This document shows positions 1 through 9,383 of a stretch of 62,850 bases of DNA, one piece after another (position 1 is the first letter of the stretch; each line of letters opens with the position of its first letter). Below the pieces are notes generated by a model that saw nothing but the letters and a program-made list of their open reading frames with translations, did not search any database and was not told where the DNA came from. The stretch covers positions 1 through 62,850 of the IMG/VR virus record IMGVR_UViG_3300018080_000184; one strand, given 5' to 3'. The DNA is from a virus (taxonomy: Duplodnaviria > Caudoviricetes). A program made the position numbers and the translations under genes.

Positions 1-1
1 C

Positions 2-463
2 ACGGCCGGTCGTCGGCCCGAGACCAGGGAGGGCGTGGTGCTCGAGCGCCTTCATGAAGCGGCTCCGCCCACAAAGGCTGTGCGGCGCCCGCTGCAGGAT
101 GTCTACGTTCGCAAAATCTTCGCCAAGGAGCGTACCAAAGCCAAGGGACAGGCAGCTGGGTTCGCCTACTCCCACACGCCCGACGGACCGGTGGTCGGTC
201 GAGTCGGGACTGGTTTCAGTGCGGCCATGCGGAAGGATATGGCCGTCAATCCAGACCGGTATGTCGGACGCGTAGCGCGTGTCGCCAGCAAGGGCTCCTT
301 TGGCGGCCAAGCTTTGCGGGCGCCGGCGTTCAAAGATTGGCATCCAGACAAGAACGATCCGGAGTTAATGAAAGAGGCCGACGTTCGTCCAGATTCGCAG
401 GAGCTCAAAACCGTCATGGAGCGCTTGAGTACGAGGCGCGCCTTGGCCGCAGGAAAGCTGTGA
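2..463 (+). CDS. ATP-dependent DNA ligase, C-terminal part (5' truncated by window)
   Basis: Frame open from base 2; EGVV (motif IV-like), then OB-fold signature VGRVGTGFS...LRAPAFKDWHPDK. Confidence 0.85.
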   Translation, partial: TAGRRPETREGVVLERLHEAAPPTKAVRRPLQDVYVRKIFAKERTKAKGQAAGFAYSHTPDGPVVGRVGTGFSAAMRKDMAVNPDRYVGRVARVASKGSFGGQALRAPAFKDWHPDKNDPELMKEADVRPDSQELKTVMERLSTRRALAAGKL

Positions 464-684
464 TGTCGTCGATAGAGCGGCGCGCTCTGGCTGCTCAGCG
501 AGGACTACAGAGAGGCAAACGATTGTGTAGTAGTCGGCCACCAATCTTTAGGGCACACCCCGCTGAGTGGATTGACTTCTCGTCGGGTGTGCCCAGAGTC
601 TTTTGCGGGATTTTCAGCCACCGTGACGAGCACAGCAGCGAGTGCTCAGCTGCTATCCTGGTATTGGAGTGTTGCCATGATTGA
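463..684 (+). CDS. hypothetical protein
   Basis: TGATG coupling to the ligase stop; 73 aa; no recognisable motif. Confidence 0.35.
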   Translation: MSSIERRALAAQRGLQRGKRLCSSRPPIFRAHPAEWIDFSSGVPRVFCGIFSHRDEHSSECSAAILVLECCHD

Positions 685-895
685 GCGTGTGAAGCTGGCA
701 GCGTTTGTCTCTGAGCTCACGGACATTGCGGCCAAAGCCCAGCAGGAGTTCGATCCGGAGCGGCTTGCCCAGCGTATTGGGGAGCTTCGGCAGGTACGGG
801 CTTTTCAGCCCGCACTGGACCTACCGTCCGTACGCGAAAAAACTGAGTTGCTGCGGAAAGCGTATCGACAGGCCGTAGAGAAGAGGAACGGATGA
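677..895 (+). CDS. small hypothetical protein (KLAAFxxEL motif)
   Basis: GGAG RBS before ATG 677; ATGA overlap with the sigma gene. Confidence 0.6.
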   Translation: MIERVKLAAFVSELTDIAAKAQQEFDPERLAQRIGELRQVRAFQPALDLPSVREKTELLRKAYRQAVEKRNG

Positions 896-1638
896 CGGAT
901 CCGCTCGAGGAGTTTCTCGGTCACGAAAAGCAGGCTGCGTTGACGCGTGCGCAGAAAGACTTTCGAGCGTGGCAGCAGTGGAAAGAGACGCAGCAGTCAG
1001 ACGATTTGGCGAGCTTGCTTCGTCAGGTGGACCCGCTCATCCGAAAGGCGTCGAACGTCTACGCCGGTAAGGTCAACATTCCGCGATCTGCCATTCGGGC
1101 CGAGTTCCAGATTCAAGCTATCAAGGCATTCAACACTTACGATCCAAAGCGAGGCACGCAGCTCAACACGTACCTGACTGACCAGCTCAAGCGTGGCCGC
1201 CGTTTTGTGACGACGTACCAGAACATCGGGACCATTCCCGAGAACCGCATCCATAAGATCACAACGTTCAACAACGCTCGGCAGCGGCTGGAGGACCAGC
1301 TCGGTAGAGAGCCCTCCGCACACGAGCTCGCGGACAGACTGAAGTGGCCCGTTCGGGAGGTGTCTGCACTGACGGTGGAGTTGAGCAGGAAACCGGTTGC
1401 GACCTCCGCGCTGGCGGCTGATATGAGCAGCTTCAAGCCGTCCGAAGAGGCGGAACGCCTACGGCTGCTCCAATTCGAGCTGGATCCTGAAGAGAAGCTG
1501 GTCTACGAGTATTTGCTGGGCGTGAATGGAAAGCCACAGCTGCGGCCTGGTCAGATCGCAACGAAGCTTCGGATGTCACCATCCAAAGTTTCTCGATTGA
1601 AAAATAATATTGCTGTGAAGGCAAAGCAATACGCATAG
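892..1638 (+). CDS. phage sigma-70 family RNA polymerase sigma factor (FliA/SigF-like architecture, regions 2-4)
   Basis: Region 2 KAFNTYDPKRGTQLNTY, region 3 LEDQLGREPSAHELADRL, region 4 HTH QIATKLRMSPSKVSRLK. Confidence 0.9.
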   Translation: MTDPLEEFLGHEKQAALTRAQKDFRAWQQWKETQQSDDLASLLRQVDPLIRKASNVYAGKVNIPRSAIRAEFQIQAIKAFNTYDPKRGTQLNTYLTDQLKRGRRFVTTYQNIGTIPENRIHKITTFNNARQRLEDQLGREPSAHELADRLKWPVREVSALTVELSRKPVATSALAADMSSFKPSEEAERLRLLQFELDPEEKLVYEYLLGVNGKPQLRPGQIATKLRMSPSKVSRLKNNIAVKAKQYA

Positions 1639-1648
1639 GGGGTAGACT

Positions 1649-1855
1649 ATGGCCACGAGGGAAGAACGCCTCGCCGCGCTGCAGCTGGCGGTTGAGGAGT
1701 GGGCAGATAGGGAGGAGCAGCGGCTTCGCGACGAGGCGTCTTTCCTTCGTTCTGTTTTTAGCGGACGTACGGAGGGTGGTCGACTTTCTGACTTCATTAC
1801 GGCCGAGGCGTCCGCTCTGGTGCTCGATGAGATTAACGCGTACTTGGTGGAGTAG
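1649..1855 (+). CDS. hypothetical helical protein
   Basis: ORF after the sigma gene; ends TAG immediately followed by an in-frame ATG. Confidence 0.55.
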   Translation: MATREERLAALQLAVEEWADREEQRLRDEASFLRSVFSGRTEGGRLSDFITAEASALVLDEINAYLVE

Positions 1856-2302
1856 ATGAAACAGCACTACCGTATGGGGGAGCTTGAGCGCATGCAGTAC
1901 GACCAGCTGCGCAATCGAGAAGACCGCATTGCGATCGAAAGAGAAAAGCTTCGGCTTGCACACGAACGTCTGGCGCGCATGAGCGCGATGATCGGCCGCG
2001 AACAGGATTTGTGGATGTTGACGTTCGCACGACTTCGCGGCCTTCCAGCCGCAAAGATTCCGCAATTCGATTTTAGCTCAGCATCATCTGGCATCATTGC
2101 CGTGGAGGTAGACGATGCATCCTTTGCTCCCGCTGCTTCTGAACAAGTTGGCAGCAGAAGAGCCAACGCTCCTCGAACGTGCGAAGAAATTGCCCCAACG
2201 AGTCACGCGGCGGTTGCGGAGGATTGGCGAGACCGATTTGACCAAACGGCAGCTGCAGCGTCTCCAGCAGGAGCTGCGAGAAGTCAAACCAAAGTCCACT
2301 GA
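1856..2302 (+). CDS. hypothetical coiled-coil protein (possible continuation of upstream ORF)
   Basis: In frame with 1649..1855; 3' end overlaps the next gene by about 190 nt. Confidence 0.45.
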   Translation: MKQHYRMGELERMQYDQLRNREDRIAIEREKLRLAHERLARMSAMIGREQDLWMLTFARLRGLPAAKIPQFDFSSASSGIIAVEVDDASFAPAASEQVGSRRANAPRTCEEIAPTSHAAVAEDWRDRFDQTAAAASPAGAARSQTKVH

Positions 2303-2567
2303 AGAGCGGCGGGTAGAAAGTCTTGCCGGACGCAAGATGACGTCCGGGCAGCTTGTACGTCGATCGGCCATCGGTGCGGGCGTCGGTGCCCTCACGCACG
2401 TTGTCGGTACCGGCATTGAGGGGGCGCCCAAAGGCAAGTTTCTTCGTACCGCCCTCCGTCCTCGTAGCCTAGCACGTTCGGGAAGCATCGGAGCGCTCTA
2501 CGGTGCCGCCATTCCGGTTGCCGTTCGCCTTGCTGATATCGAAGCGGCCAAGTCAGGAAAGTTCTAG
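2115..2567 (+). CDS. basic glycine-zipper protein, putative internal virion protein
   Basis: GGAGG RBS; N-terminal NKLAA; AIGAGVGAL and SIGALYGAA hydrophobic motifs. Confidence 0.6.
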   Translation: MHPLLPLLLNKLAAEEPTLLERAKKLPQRVTRRLRRIGETDLTKRQLQRLQQELREVKPKSTEERRVESLAGRKMTSGQLVRRSAIGAGVGALTHVVGTGIEGAPKGKFLRTALRPRSLARSGSIGALYGAAIPVAVRLADIEAAKSGKF

Positions 2568-2621
2568 CGGAATTCCTAGCGCAAAAGTTTTTATCTAAGA
2601 AACGGATCGAAGAGCAGGAAC

Positions 2622-2674
2622 GCCGGACACCCCCCACTGTGCGTGCACATCGCTACGAGTGGGGGGTGTCCGGC
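2622..2674 (-). terminator. 17-bp GC-rich hairpin downstream of a minus-strand cassette
   Basis: GCCGGACACCCCCCACT / AGTGGGGGGTGTCCGGC inverted repeat between convergent genes. Confidence 0.6.
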
Positions 2675-2696
2675 CGCTGGGTGGTCAAGATCGGAC

Positions 2697-2930
2697 TCAG
2701 TCGAGTCCGATCTTGACCACTTTCACTTGTCCCTTTCGGAGGCGCTCAAGGAGCGCCTCCGAAATGACGGTCTCGTCTGCGGCTGTGGCTGTGGCTGTGG
2801 CTGCCCCCTCTTCGCAGAGGGCGGCCGCCACGTGCAACATTCGGCACGCGCGGCGGAGAATCTCCGCCGCGCTCGCCCTGTCCTGCCGACTCATGTTCGC
2901 GAACATGAGTCGGAGGGCCTGCTCTAGCAT
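2697..2930 (-). CDS. small hypothetical protein (standalone cassette)
   Basis: Strong AAAGGAGG RBS, own upstream promoter motif and downstream hairpin. Confidence 0.7.
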   Translation of the reverse strand: MLEQALRLMFANMSRQDRASAAEILRRACRMLHVAAALCEEGAATATATAADETVISEALLERLRKGQVKVVKIGLD

Positions 2931-2951
2931 AGCTGCCTCCTTTCCAAAATT

Positions 2952-2979
2952 CTTATGCCAGAAAAATCTTTGAATTTTC
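2952..2979 (-). promoter_or_regulatory. phage promoter motif GAAAA-N17-CATAAG
   Basis: Same spacing as five other intergenic copies. Confidence 0.65.
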
Positions 2980-3010
2980 GGTTGGGGAGACAGGCGAATA
3001 GGTTCAGTGG

Positions 3011-3634
3011 TCAGTGGGAGAGCTCACCGGTAGCCAGCTTCATTTGCAAAAAGTTCTGTGCGGTTTCTACAAGGAATTTGTAGAACGCTAGTTTGTCGTC
3101 GTCTAGGTCGTATTCCAAGGCCAGGCTTTCTGCATTCTTTACCCACCAAGTGTAGGGGTTGATTCGGCACCCGATGGCGATGTCATTTGTCCCGGCGGTG
3201 TGCACTCTTTCTGCCGCGCCGTATATTACGAGCGGAGAGCATCGCCAGTGCCCAGAGCGAATTATGAATTTTCCAAAGAGGATAGCATAGCGGGAAACGC
3301 GGGTATGTCCTTCAAGCCGAGTATCAGTGACGATTGCCTGGTCGTACACACGCACCTTTTGAGTAAGCATCGCCGATCCACGAACGCTCGCGTATCCGTA
3401 GACGCGAACGTTGTCGCGAACTATGGCGTCATCCTGAACTTGCGCGTTACCAAAAACTTCCGCGTCATCCAGGACAGCGCACATTCCCGTGTGTGCCAGA
3501 TTGCTCGTCGATTCGAGCCAACCACCTAAGTCACCCTTTTGTATGTAGTGATAGGGAATGTCCTGCAGGTAGCGAATTCGATACAGCGTTCGGCCGTCAA
3601 CAGTCTTTTCCTCGTTGGTAAGCTCATACTTCAT
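3011..3634 (-). CDS. left-handed beta-helix (hexapeptide repeat, LpxA-like) phage protein
   Basis: MKYELT...LYRI...GDLGGW start followed by AEVFGN/AQVQDD/VRVYGY hexapeptide repeats. Confidence 0.8.
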   Translation of the reverse strand: MKYELTNEEKTVDGRTLYRIRYLQDIPYHYIQKGDLGGWLESTSNLAHTGMCAVLDDAEVFGNAQVQDDAIVRDNVRVYGYASVRGSAMLTQKVRVYDQAIVTDTRLEGHTRVSRYAILFGKFIIRSGHWRCSPLVIYGAAERVHTAGTNDIAIGCRINPYTWWVKNAESLALEYDLDDDKLAFYKFLVETAQNFLQMKLATGELSH

Positions 3635-3939
3635 GAATTTTCCTCCATTGTATGGGCGCCAGCTTCTGAACACAGATCACAGAGCAGCTTAAAAGTTGGA
3701 ATGTCATGGATGGATGAGGTATCTGGCAGCTTCCACCATACCTCGTTCAGAAAATGGACAATCCAACCCGTGTTTTTATGTCCGCGCACAGCATTCCGAA
3801 ACTTCTTCCACTCACTCTGCGTTCCATAACGAAAGAAATCGTTCTGGATCTGTTCTCCGAAGTCATTGAGCAACTTCCACCACTCTTCGGCAGTCTTTGG
3901 GTATACGCCATCGTAGTGTTTTTCTTCTGTCGATGTCAT
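3631..3939 (-). CDS. hypothetical protein
   Basis: GGAGAGG RBS before ATG 3939; ATGA coupling to the next gene. Confidence 0.7.
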   Translation of the reverse strand: MTSTEEKHYDGVYPKTAEEWWKLLNDFGEQIQNDFFRYGTQSEWKKFRNAVRGHKNTGWIVHFLNEVWWKLPDTSSIHDIPTFKLLCDLCSEAGAHTMEENS

Positions 3940-3964
3940 GTCCTCTCCTCCCGTATACTGACGT

Positions 3965-4546
3965 ATGCGACTTTTGCGGCATATCTTGATGCTTCTGGTA
4001 GGCTTCGTGGCCTGTCCAGCCTTGTTTGACAAGCCGCCCTGCTACTTTCCCAGGCTGGCTAACGTCACGCGCTACGAAGTACGGCCGAACACTGTAACGC
4101 CGGCCGGTCTCCGTGTTGACATGTCGATGTATCGTTGGAGCGCCGAAACGCTTGCTCAGATAGATACATGGACCGAGGAGCTCGAGGCATGCCTCTCCAT
4201 GTCCATTGCACGCGAATGCTTGACGGTGAAGATTGCTCCCGATTGGTACCTTTCTCCCTGTACCGGCGAGCAGCTCTTCCCGTGTCAGATGCCAGTGCAT
4301 GTCTGCGAGCAAAAGCTGCACGCAGGCGCTATCTCATTGCTGGAGACATCTCCGTGCTCTCTGGACGAGCTTGCGGAGTGCGTGGAGTGTCCCTGTCATT
4401 GTCGGCTGACCGTACAGAGCCAGACGGTGCTGGTCACGGTGCCTGATATTGACGGCAAGCTGTTCAAGGCCGAACTGGCCCGCATTGTGTTGGGAGTCAA
4501 CAACCCGTGGCGAGATGCCCGGGTTCGTCCTTGCCTGCGTCGTTAG
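3965..4546 (+). CDS. Cys-rich exported or lipoprotein-like hypothetical protein
   Basis: Signal-like N-terminus ending VAC; many cysteines. Confidence 0.6.
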   Translation: MRLLRHILMLLVGFVACPALFDKPPCYFPRLANVTRYEVRPNTVTPAGLRVDMSMYRWSAETLAQIDTWTEELEACLSMSIARECLTVKIAPDWYLSPCTGEQLFPCQMPVHVCEQKLHAGAISLLETSPCSLDELAECVECPCHCRLTVQSQTVLVTVPDIDGKLFKAELARIVLGVNNPWRDARVRPCLRR

Positions 4547-4703
4547 CCTGAAGTGCCCGCACCGCCTCCTCCATTCGCAAGAGCAACTCATGCAGTCGGC
4601 TCTGCTTCCATGCGGATGAGCTTGCGCAATAATCCTCGGCCAGGTACAACACCACTTGGCTCATTGATTCAACGGCCGCCAACATCTTTTCGTTTTGATT
4701 CAT
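4497..4703 (-). CDS. small hypothetical protein
   Basis: GGAGAGG RBS and upstream promoter motif. Confidence 0.55.
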   Translation of the reverse strand: MNQNEKMLAAVESMSQVVLYLAEDYCASSSAWKQSRLHELLLRMEEAVRALQANDAGKDEPGHLATGC

Positions 4704-4744
4704 GTGCCTCTCCGGTTTTCTGGTAAAGATTTTTCGTCACCAAT

Positions 4745-4772
4745 CTTATACCAGCTCTTCCATAAACTTTTC
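4745..4772 (-). promoter_or_regulatory. phage promoter motif GAAAA-N17-TATAAG
   Basis: Intergenic, upstream of a minus-strand ORF, conserved spacing. Confidence 0.7.
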
Positions 4773-4863
4773 CAGATGACGCTGGGACGGTCACCTTGCG
4801 TATCGGGAACGAATTCGTCAAAGTGGAGATAGCGGAAGTGCGTGGAACATTTAGGTAATTCAG

Positions 4864-5127
4864 ATGCCAAAATCAGAACATCCGACGGTCCCTTTTTGCG
4901 GCACCAACGGTCAGCTGGCGGAATTGCAGGCCGAGGTGGGGAGCCTTCGTACTGCCGTTATCGAGCTGCAGGATGCGGTAAAGGTGCTGGGCAACAAATT
5001 GGATCGAATGCAGACGGACATGCAGCTGCTGTTCAACGAGGTGCGTGTGCAGGGTAGGGTGCTGGCGAACCTGATGAACCAGTATCAGACGCGGCCGCTT
5101 GGTAAAATGAGCTTGAAGGAACCGTAG
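4864..5127 (+). CDS. coiled-coil hypothetical protein
   Basis: Heptad pattern LAELQAEVGSLRTAVIELQDAV. Confidence 0.55.
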   Translation: MPKSEHPTVPFCGTNGQLAELQAEVGSLRTAVIELQDAVKVLGNKLDRMQTDMQLLFNEVRVQGRVLANLMNQYQTRPLGKMSLKEP

Positions 5128-6006
5128 GTGGGCTCGGATAAGCCAAGAATTTCGACCATCAAGGAGCGTGTGACGGTCACCCCCGATCCTACGCCAATCA
5201 ACGTGCCCGTTTCCGCTGTTCACCCATCGGTCGAAGCTCCTCCTCTCCGGCCGGAGCTGCGGGAGGATGATTTCGCTGGGGCGATCTACACGTTGTCAAA
5301 TCAGGTGCACACGTACACGGCAAAGATCGTCAAGATGGTGCAAGCCATCAACAATATAGCAAAGTACGTTGATCTCATTCCGCAGATTAGAGAGGATTTG
5401 CGTCGCACCAACACGACGGTAGCGCAGATCGAAACTGCGCTGACGGCTACACGTGAGGGACTCCAGGTGGCGCAGAGTCGTTTGGATAGCTACATGGATC
5501 GGGACTACGTGTGTGTCAACGCCGATCGCATCACTCGGCTGGAGAACACGTCGGGAGAGTTCGCCATGGTGGATTCGCGTCTGGACGAGCGACTGAGTCA
5601 TGTGGCCGAGTCGGTGAAAAAAATCGACTCACTGGCTGCGAACTCGGAAAAGAGCAAACGGCACTTTCTTCTTGGGTTCATATCTCTCATTGTTACTTTA
5701 ATTCTCACAGGCATCAGCGCAGCGGTCACGATTTCGTGGCGAGCATCGAAATTGGACTCGCAGGTAGAAACTAACCAACTGCTGCAAGAACAGCAGATGC
5801 GCGCGATTCGAGAAGACGTCGATTCAATAAAAAGTGCGAACTATACGGCGGTCGAAGCCCTCTCCACTATTCGCGACAGCGTCGAGCGGCAGGCGGATTC
5901 TGGGATAAGTTTTCGCGATTGGTACAATGGCCTATCCGAGCGTGAGAAGACCCGGCTGCACCGGGCTGTCGATGCTCGCAAGATTCGGAAGGCGAACGGT
6001 CCATGA
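5128..6006 (+). CDS. coiled-coil protein with a single transmembrane helix
   Basis: Hydrophobic segment FLLGFISLIVTLILTGISAAVTI flanked by heptad repeats. Confidence 0.7.
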   Translation: MGSDKPRISTIKERVTVTPDPTPINVPVSAVHPSVEAPPLRPELREDDFAGAIYTLSNQVHTYTAKIVKMVQAINNIAKYVDLIPQIREDLRRTNTTVAQIETALTATREGLQVAQSRLDSYMDRDYVCVNADRITRLENTSGEFAMVDSRLDERLSHVAESVKKIDSLAANSEKSKRHFLLGFISLIVTLILTGISAAVTISWRASKLDSQVETNQLLQEQQMRAIREDVDSIKSANYTAVEALSTIRDSVERQADSGISFRDWYNGLSEREKTRLHRAVDARKIRKANGP

Positions 6007-6236
6007 GCAGCGTGCCAACTATCACATCCATCACTGAGCTGCGTCCCAGCCAACGCAGCGCCAGCCACTTTCAGCCCGTTTCTCCGTCTGTGGTGCCCGT
6101 AGCTCCTGCGATCATCGAGCTTCGCCCAAGCATGGGGGCCGTGGTAGGTCCAGACACGGTATCGCCAGATGTGCGGCCGACGACGACGGCCATCGAGCAG
6201 ATGAGGCCACGAATTCAAAAGGTCGAGGGGTACTGA
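6003..6236 (+). CDS. small protein with repeated ELRPS-like motif
   Basis: Coupled to both neighbours; ELRPS twice plus DVRPT and QMRPR. Confidence 0.6.
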   Translation: MSSVPTITSITELRPSQRSASHFQPVSPSVVPVAPAIIELRPSMGAVVGPDTVSPDVRPTTTAIEQMRPRIQKVEGY

Positions 6237-7174
6237 TGGGGATCTTCAAGTTGACAATCACCGTTCCGGATCCAGACACGGTCTACGACGTCTTCGACAG
6301 GATTGAGGTACATCGGTCGGAGAACGGTGAGCCGGGACCGTACTTTGCCATCACGGCCGACGTGGCGGCCGCGGCCACACTCCTCAGCGCAAACCCGGCC
6401 CCCTTCACCCTCAACGGGACGACGCTGAAGCTGATAGTCGATGAGGGTGTGGAGCAGACCATTACCTTCTCGACGACCGATCCCACATCCATTGATGATG
6501 CGGTCATTGTCGTCAATGCGCAGGCAGCTGGGTTCGTAGCGTCTGAGGAGTCCGGGCAGATGCGCCTCACGTCACTGACCGACGGAACCTCGTCGGTTGT
6601 CGAAATCACTGGCGGCACAGCGTTGGGCGAGCTCGGCTTCTCGGTGGCGGATCGAGATACTGGAGAGGACACCCACATTCCGCTCAGCCCGCTGCAGGAG
6701 GAGTACGAGTACCTGGACCGCACGGGCGAGACAACGTACGCGTACAAAACTCGCTACTACGCCAGCGCGACAGGGCAATACTCGAGCTTTTCTGAGCCAG
6801 CACTTGCCGAAGTCAGCGCGGTTCTGCCGGCGGCCAGTCTGATTTTGACGACCATCGATCTGGCGGGGTTGGATGGGGCTCCCGTGGCTGAACGTATGGT
6901 CGTCGTCTACAACAAGTATGTGCCCCAGGTCGAGGATGGTTACGTGCTGGCGGGCAAAGAGGTGCGCATGCTCACAGATGCTGTCGGTCACGCTGAGACC
7001 TACCTGGTGCGGGGTTCGCAAGTTTCGGTGGCCATCGCCGGCACGAACATCGTGCGCGATGTGGAGGTACCAACGGTGGGAACCTCCTTCGATTTGGGTG
7101 CGGCCTTGGCCACGGCCGATGACGTCTTCCAGATCCACACACCTGACATTCCCGCAGCGGTGAGGAGGTCCTGA
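6236..7174 (+). CDS. putative virion structural protein
   Basis: Acidic, beta-rich; LTSLTDGTSSVVEITGGTALGELGF resembles sheath-accessory domain motifs. Confidence 0.65.
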   Translation: MGIFKLTITVPDPDTVYDVFDRIEVHRSENGEPGPYFAITADVAAAATLLSANPAPFTLNGTTLKLIVDEGVEQTITFSTTDPTSIDDAVIVVNAQAAGFVASEESGQMRLTSLTDGTSSVVEITGGTALGELGFSVADRDTGEDTHIPLSPLQEEYEYLDRTGETTYAYKTRYYASATGQYSSFSEPALAEVSAVLPAASLILTTIDLAGLDGAPVAERMVVVYNKYVPQVEDGYVLAGKEVRMLTDAVGHAETYLVRGSQVSVAIAGTNIVRDVEVPTVGTSFDLGAALATADDVFQIHTPDIPAAVRRS

Positions 7175-7509
7175 TGCCCACGTCTGAGAAAGCAGTTGCC
7201 GCAGCAACCGGCGGTATCGCCGTCAGTCTTCTGTTCGAGTTGGCCCGCCGTGAGGTCCGCGCGGTCAAGCTTCAGGAGCTCCGCGCAGAGACGCAACGTC
7301 AGGCGACACAGCACAAGATGGTGGCCGAGAACACAGCTCGGCAGCAGAATCTGGCTCGCATGCGGGCGATGACGTCGGGCCAGCTCGGTGTCAGTCTTGC
7401 TCGAAGTGGAGTACCGGCAGCTGCGCTTTACCAACCGACGCACGCACTGATGCAGGAGGCCGCGGCCGGAATGCCGGTCATGGGCCCCACATTGGCTGGA
7501 GGCTTTTGA
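7174..7509 (+). CDS. hypothetical protein
   Basis: TGATG coupling, GAGGAGG RBS, N-terminal hydrophobic stretch. Confidence 0.6.
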   Translation: MPTSEKAVAAATGGIAVSLLFELARREVRAVKLQELRAETQRQATQHKMVAENTARQQNLARMRAMTSGQLGVSLARSGVPAAALYQPTHALMQEAAAGMPVMGPTLAGGF

Positions 7510-8462
7510 TGGCCGTGGAGACTGTGCGGGTGTACGCCGTCGACGAGCTCAATGCCCCGCTTGAGGATGTGTTGGTCCGCTTCTTTGACGCTGTCGACGT
7601 TTTCGTCACGCAACAGTTCACCGCTTTGGTGGGTGGCGAGGCGTACGCCGAGGTGTCATTGGATGGCAACGATCCGCCGATTCAGTACACGATTCGGTTG
7701 AGTAAGACGGGCGTGGCGTTTGACGGTTCGCTCGGCGACCAATCGAAGACGCCTCAGAGCATTGATATCTACTCCCCGCCAGCGGGCGCCCCGACCGGGA
7801 CCAACTACTTCGAGGTGCAGGGGCAGACCTTCACGCTTCCGGCCGCTACCGATCCTCGGCTCTGTCGCTGTTCGGGCTACTTCGTGGACCACACGGGCCG
7901 CCCCCTGCAGGGATTCAATCTCCATTTCTCGCCGCTGTGCCTCAATCTGGAGCAATCTGATCTTTCCCCGCTCATCGTCGATGATCGGCTTGTTGCCGGA
8001 CGCAAAGTCTATGTTCGCACCGACGAAGATGGATTTTGTCAGATCGACTTGTTCCGCACAGGTGAATATTTGGTGCTGGTCGAGGAATTTGAGCATTCAA
8101 GGCGAACAATCAAGGTGCCTGACCAAGCGAGCATTAACCTTATCCACCTTCTCTTCCCGGTCGTGTCCGAAATCACATTTGGCACAGCGCCGGTCACGGT
8201 TGCGGCCGGTAGCTACGTCGACGTGGCGATGACGGTTAAGTCCACGGACGGCCAAACACTCGACATTTCGGACAGAGATGTTACCTTCGCTAGCTCAGAC
8301 TACGCAGTGGCTTCAGCACAAACAATGAGCGGCAATATTTTGCGTGTGGTTGGAGTCGCGCCTGGATCGACGACTATCACCGCCGAACGGGCTGATACGA
8401 CCATCGTGACAATTCCGGCGCAGCCGCTGACGTACACACCATTGAATGTGGTGGTCACATGA
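7509..8462 (+). CDS. virion protein with C-terminal Ig-like (Big_2-like) domain
   Basis: VTFASSDYAVAS...VVGVAPGSTTITA Ig-like pattern. Confidence 0.65.
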   Translation: MAVETVRVYAVDELNAPLEDVLVRFFDAVDVFVTQQFTALVGGEAYAEVSLDGNDPPIQYTIRLSKTGVAFDGSLGDQSKTPQSIDIYSPPAGAPTGTNYFEVQGQTFTLPAATDPRLCRCSGYFVDHTGRPLQGFNLHFSPLCLNLEQSDLSPLIVDDRLVAGRKVYVRTDEDGFCQIDLFRTGEYLVLVEEFEHSRRTIKVPDQASINLIHLLFPVVSEITFGTAPVTVAAGSYVDVAMTVKSTDGQTLDISDRDVTFASSDYAVASAQTMSGNILRVVGVAPGSTTITAERADTTIVTIPAQPLTYTPLNVVVT

Positions 8463-8463
8463 G

Positions 8464-8796
8464 ATGGTACTTCGCTCCGAGGATGCTCACGCGCAAGAGC
8501 TGCAAGACCTGGAAGGCTCAAAGAATCTGTACCGAAGCCTGATTCTGCGCGGTATTCGAGATTTCGTTACCTACAAGCGGCATCCGAAACGGCGTTTTCG
8601 TGACCTACATGAAGAGGCCAAAGTTTGGATCTTTGGTAACTCCCATTCTGACGATGCGCTAGATCGGTTCATGAGCTTCGACTCCGCGTGCGAGGTGATT
8701 GGGTGGGATCCTAACCGTGTTCGGAAAAGAGTACAGGCCATGCGTCGGACGGATTTGAAAAAACTTGGCCCGCAGCCGGATTGGGATGTGGACTAG
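8464..8796 (+). CDS. hypothetical phage protein
   Basis: Follows the previous stop by 1 nt; convergent overlap with the NUDIX gene. Confidence 0.6.
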   Translation: MVLRSEDAHAQELQDLEGSKNLYRSLILRGIRDFVTYKRHPKRRFRDLHEEAKVWIFGNSHSDDALDRFMSFDSACEVIGWDPNRVRKRVQAMRRTDLKKLGPQPDWDVD

Positions 8797-9320
8797 TCTT
8801 CTGTCTGCGGCTGCAAGGCGACAGAGAGCTCTTCTCGGGAAAGTTTGTTTACCAGAGCATGCCAACTTCCGATAAGGGCGGACGCGCTTGCGCTCATATC
8901 ACCGGCAAAGTCGCTCGGTGGTATGAACGCAAGTTTGTCTATGGGCACCCATTTGACCCATTCATGATTTTTGGAGCTGGGCTCTCCATGTTTGTGCAGA
9001 CATAAAAAACGGATGCCTGGGATGATCAGCCCCTTGTGCTGAATGGTATACGGAAGGCATAGTGATCCAACGACGTGAACTTCGATTCCCATTTCTTCCC
9101 GAAAATGATACGCGACGGCATCTTGGAAACTTAACGATGGGGGTACCTGCCCGCCGCAGCTTTCAATTTTTCCCGGAAAGAGCTCTCTGTCCTTTGCGCG
9201 TTTTGCTAGAAGCACTTCCGTCGTTTGGGGTTGCCTTCGGATACACACTCCGGCGGCGTGGACTTCGATGAGGAGCGGTCGCGTCTCGCGCCGCACGTGT
9301 TCTTCTTTCGTCATGCTCAT
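8793..9320 (-). CDS. NUDIX hydrolase
   Basis: Degenerate Nudix box GGQVPPSLSFQDAVAYHFREEMGI; VLLAKR...FPGK upstream; GGAGAGG RBS. Confidence 0.8.
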   Translation of the reverse strand: MSMTKEEHVRRETRPLLIEVHAAGVCIRRQPQTTEVLLAKRAKDRELFPGKIESCGGQVPPSLSFQDAVAYHFREEMGIEVHVVGSLCLPYTIQHKGLIIPGIRFLCLHKHGEPSSKNHEWVKWVPIDKLAFIPPSDFAGDMSASASALIGSWHALVNKLSREELSVALQPQTED

Positions 9321-9383
9321 TGCAATTCCTCTCCTGATGGGATGATAGCAGACCATCATAACCCAGCGGATGTGCGCTCGGTT

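Noticed and set aside
2777-2804. GCTGTG hexamer tandem giving a CGCGCGC peptide on the plus strand
   Set aside because: Better explained as the ATATATA linker of the minus-strand ORF, which has an RBS and promoter
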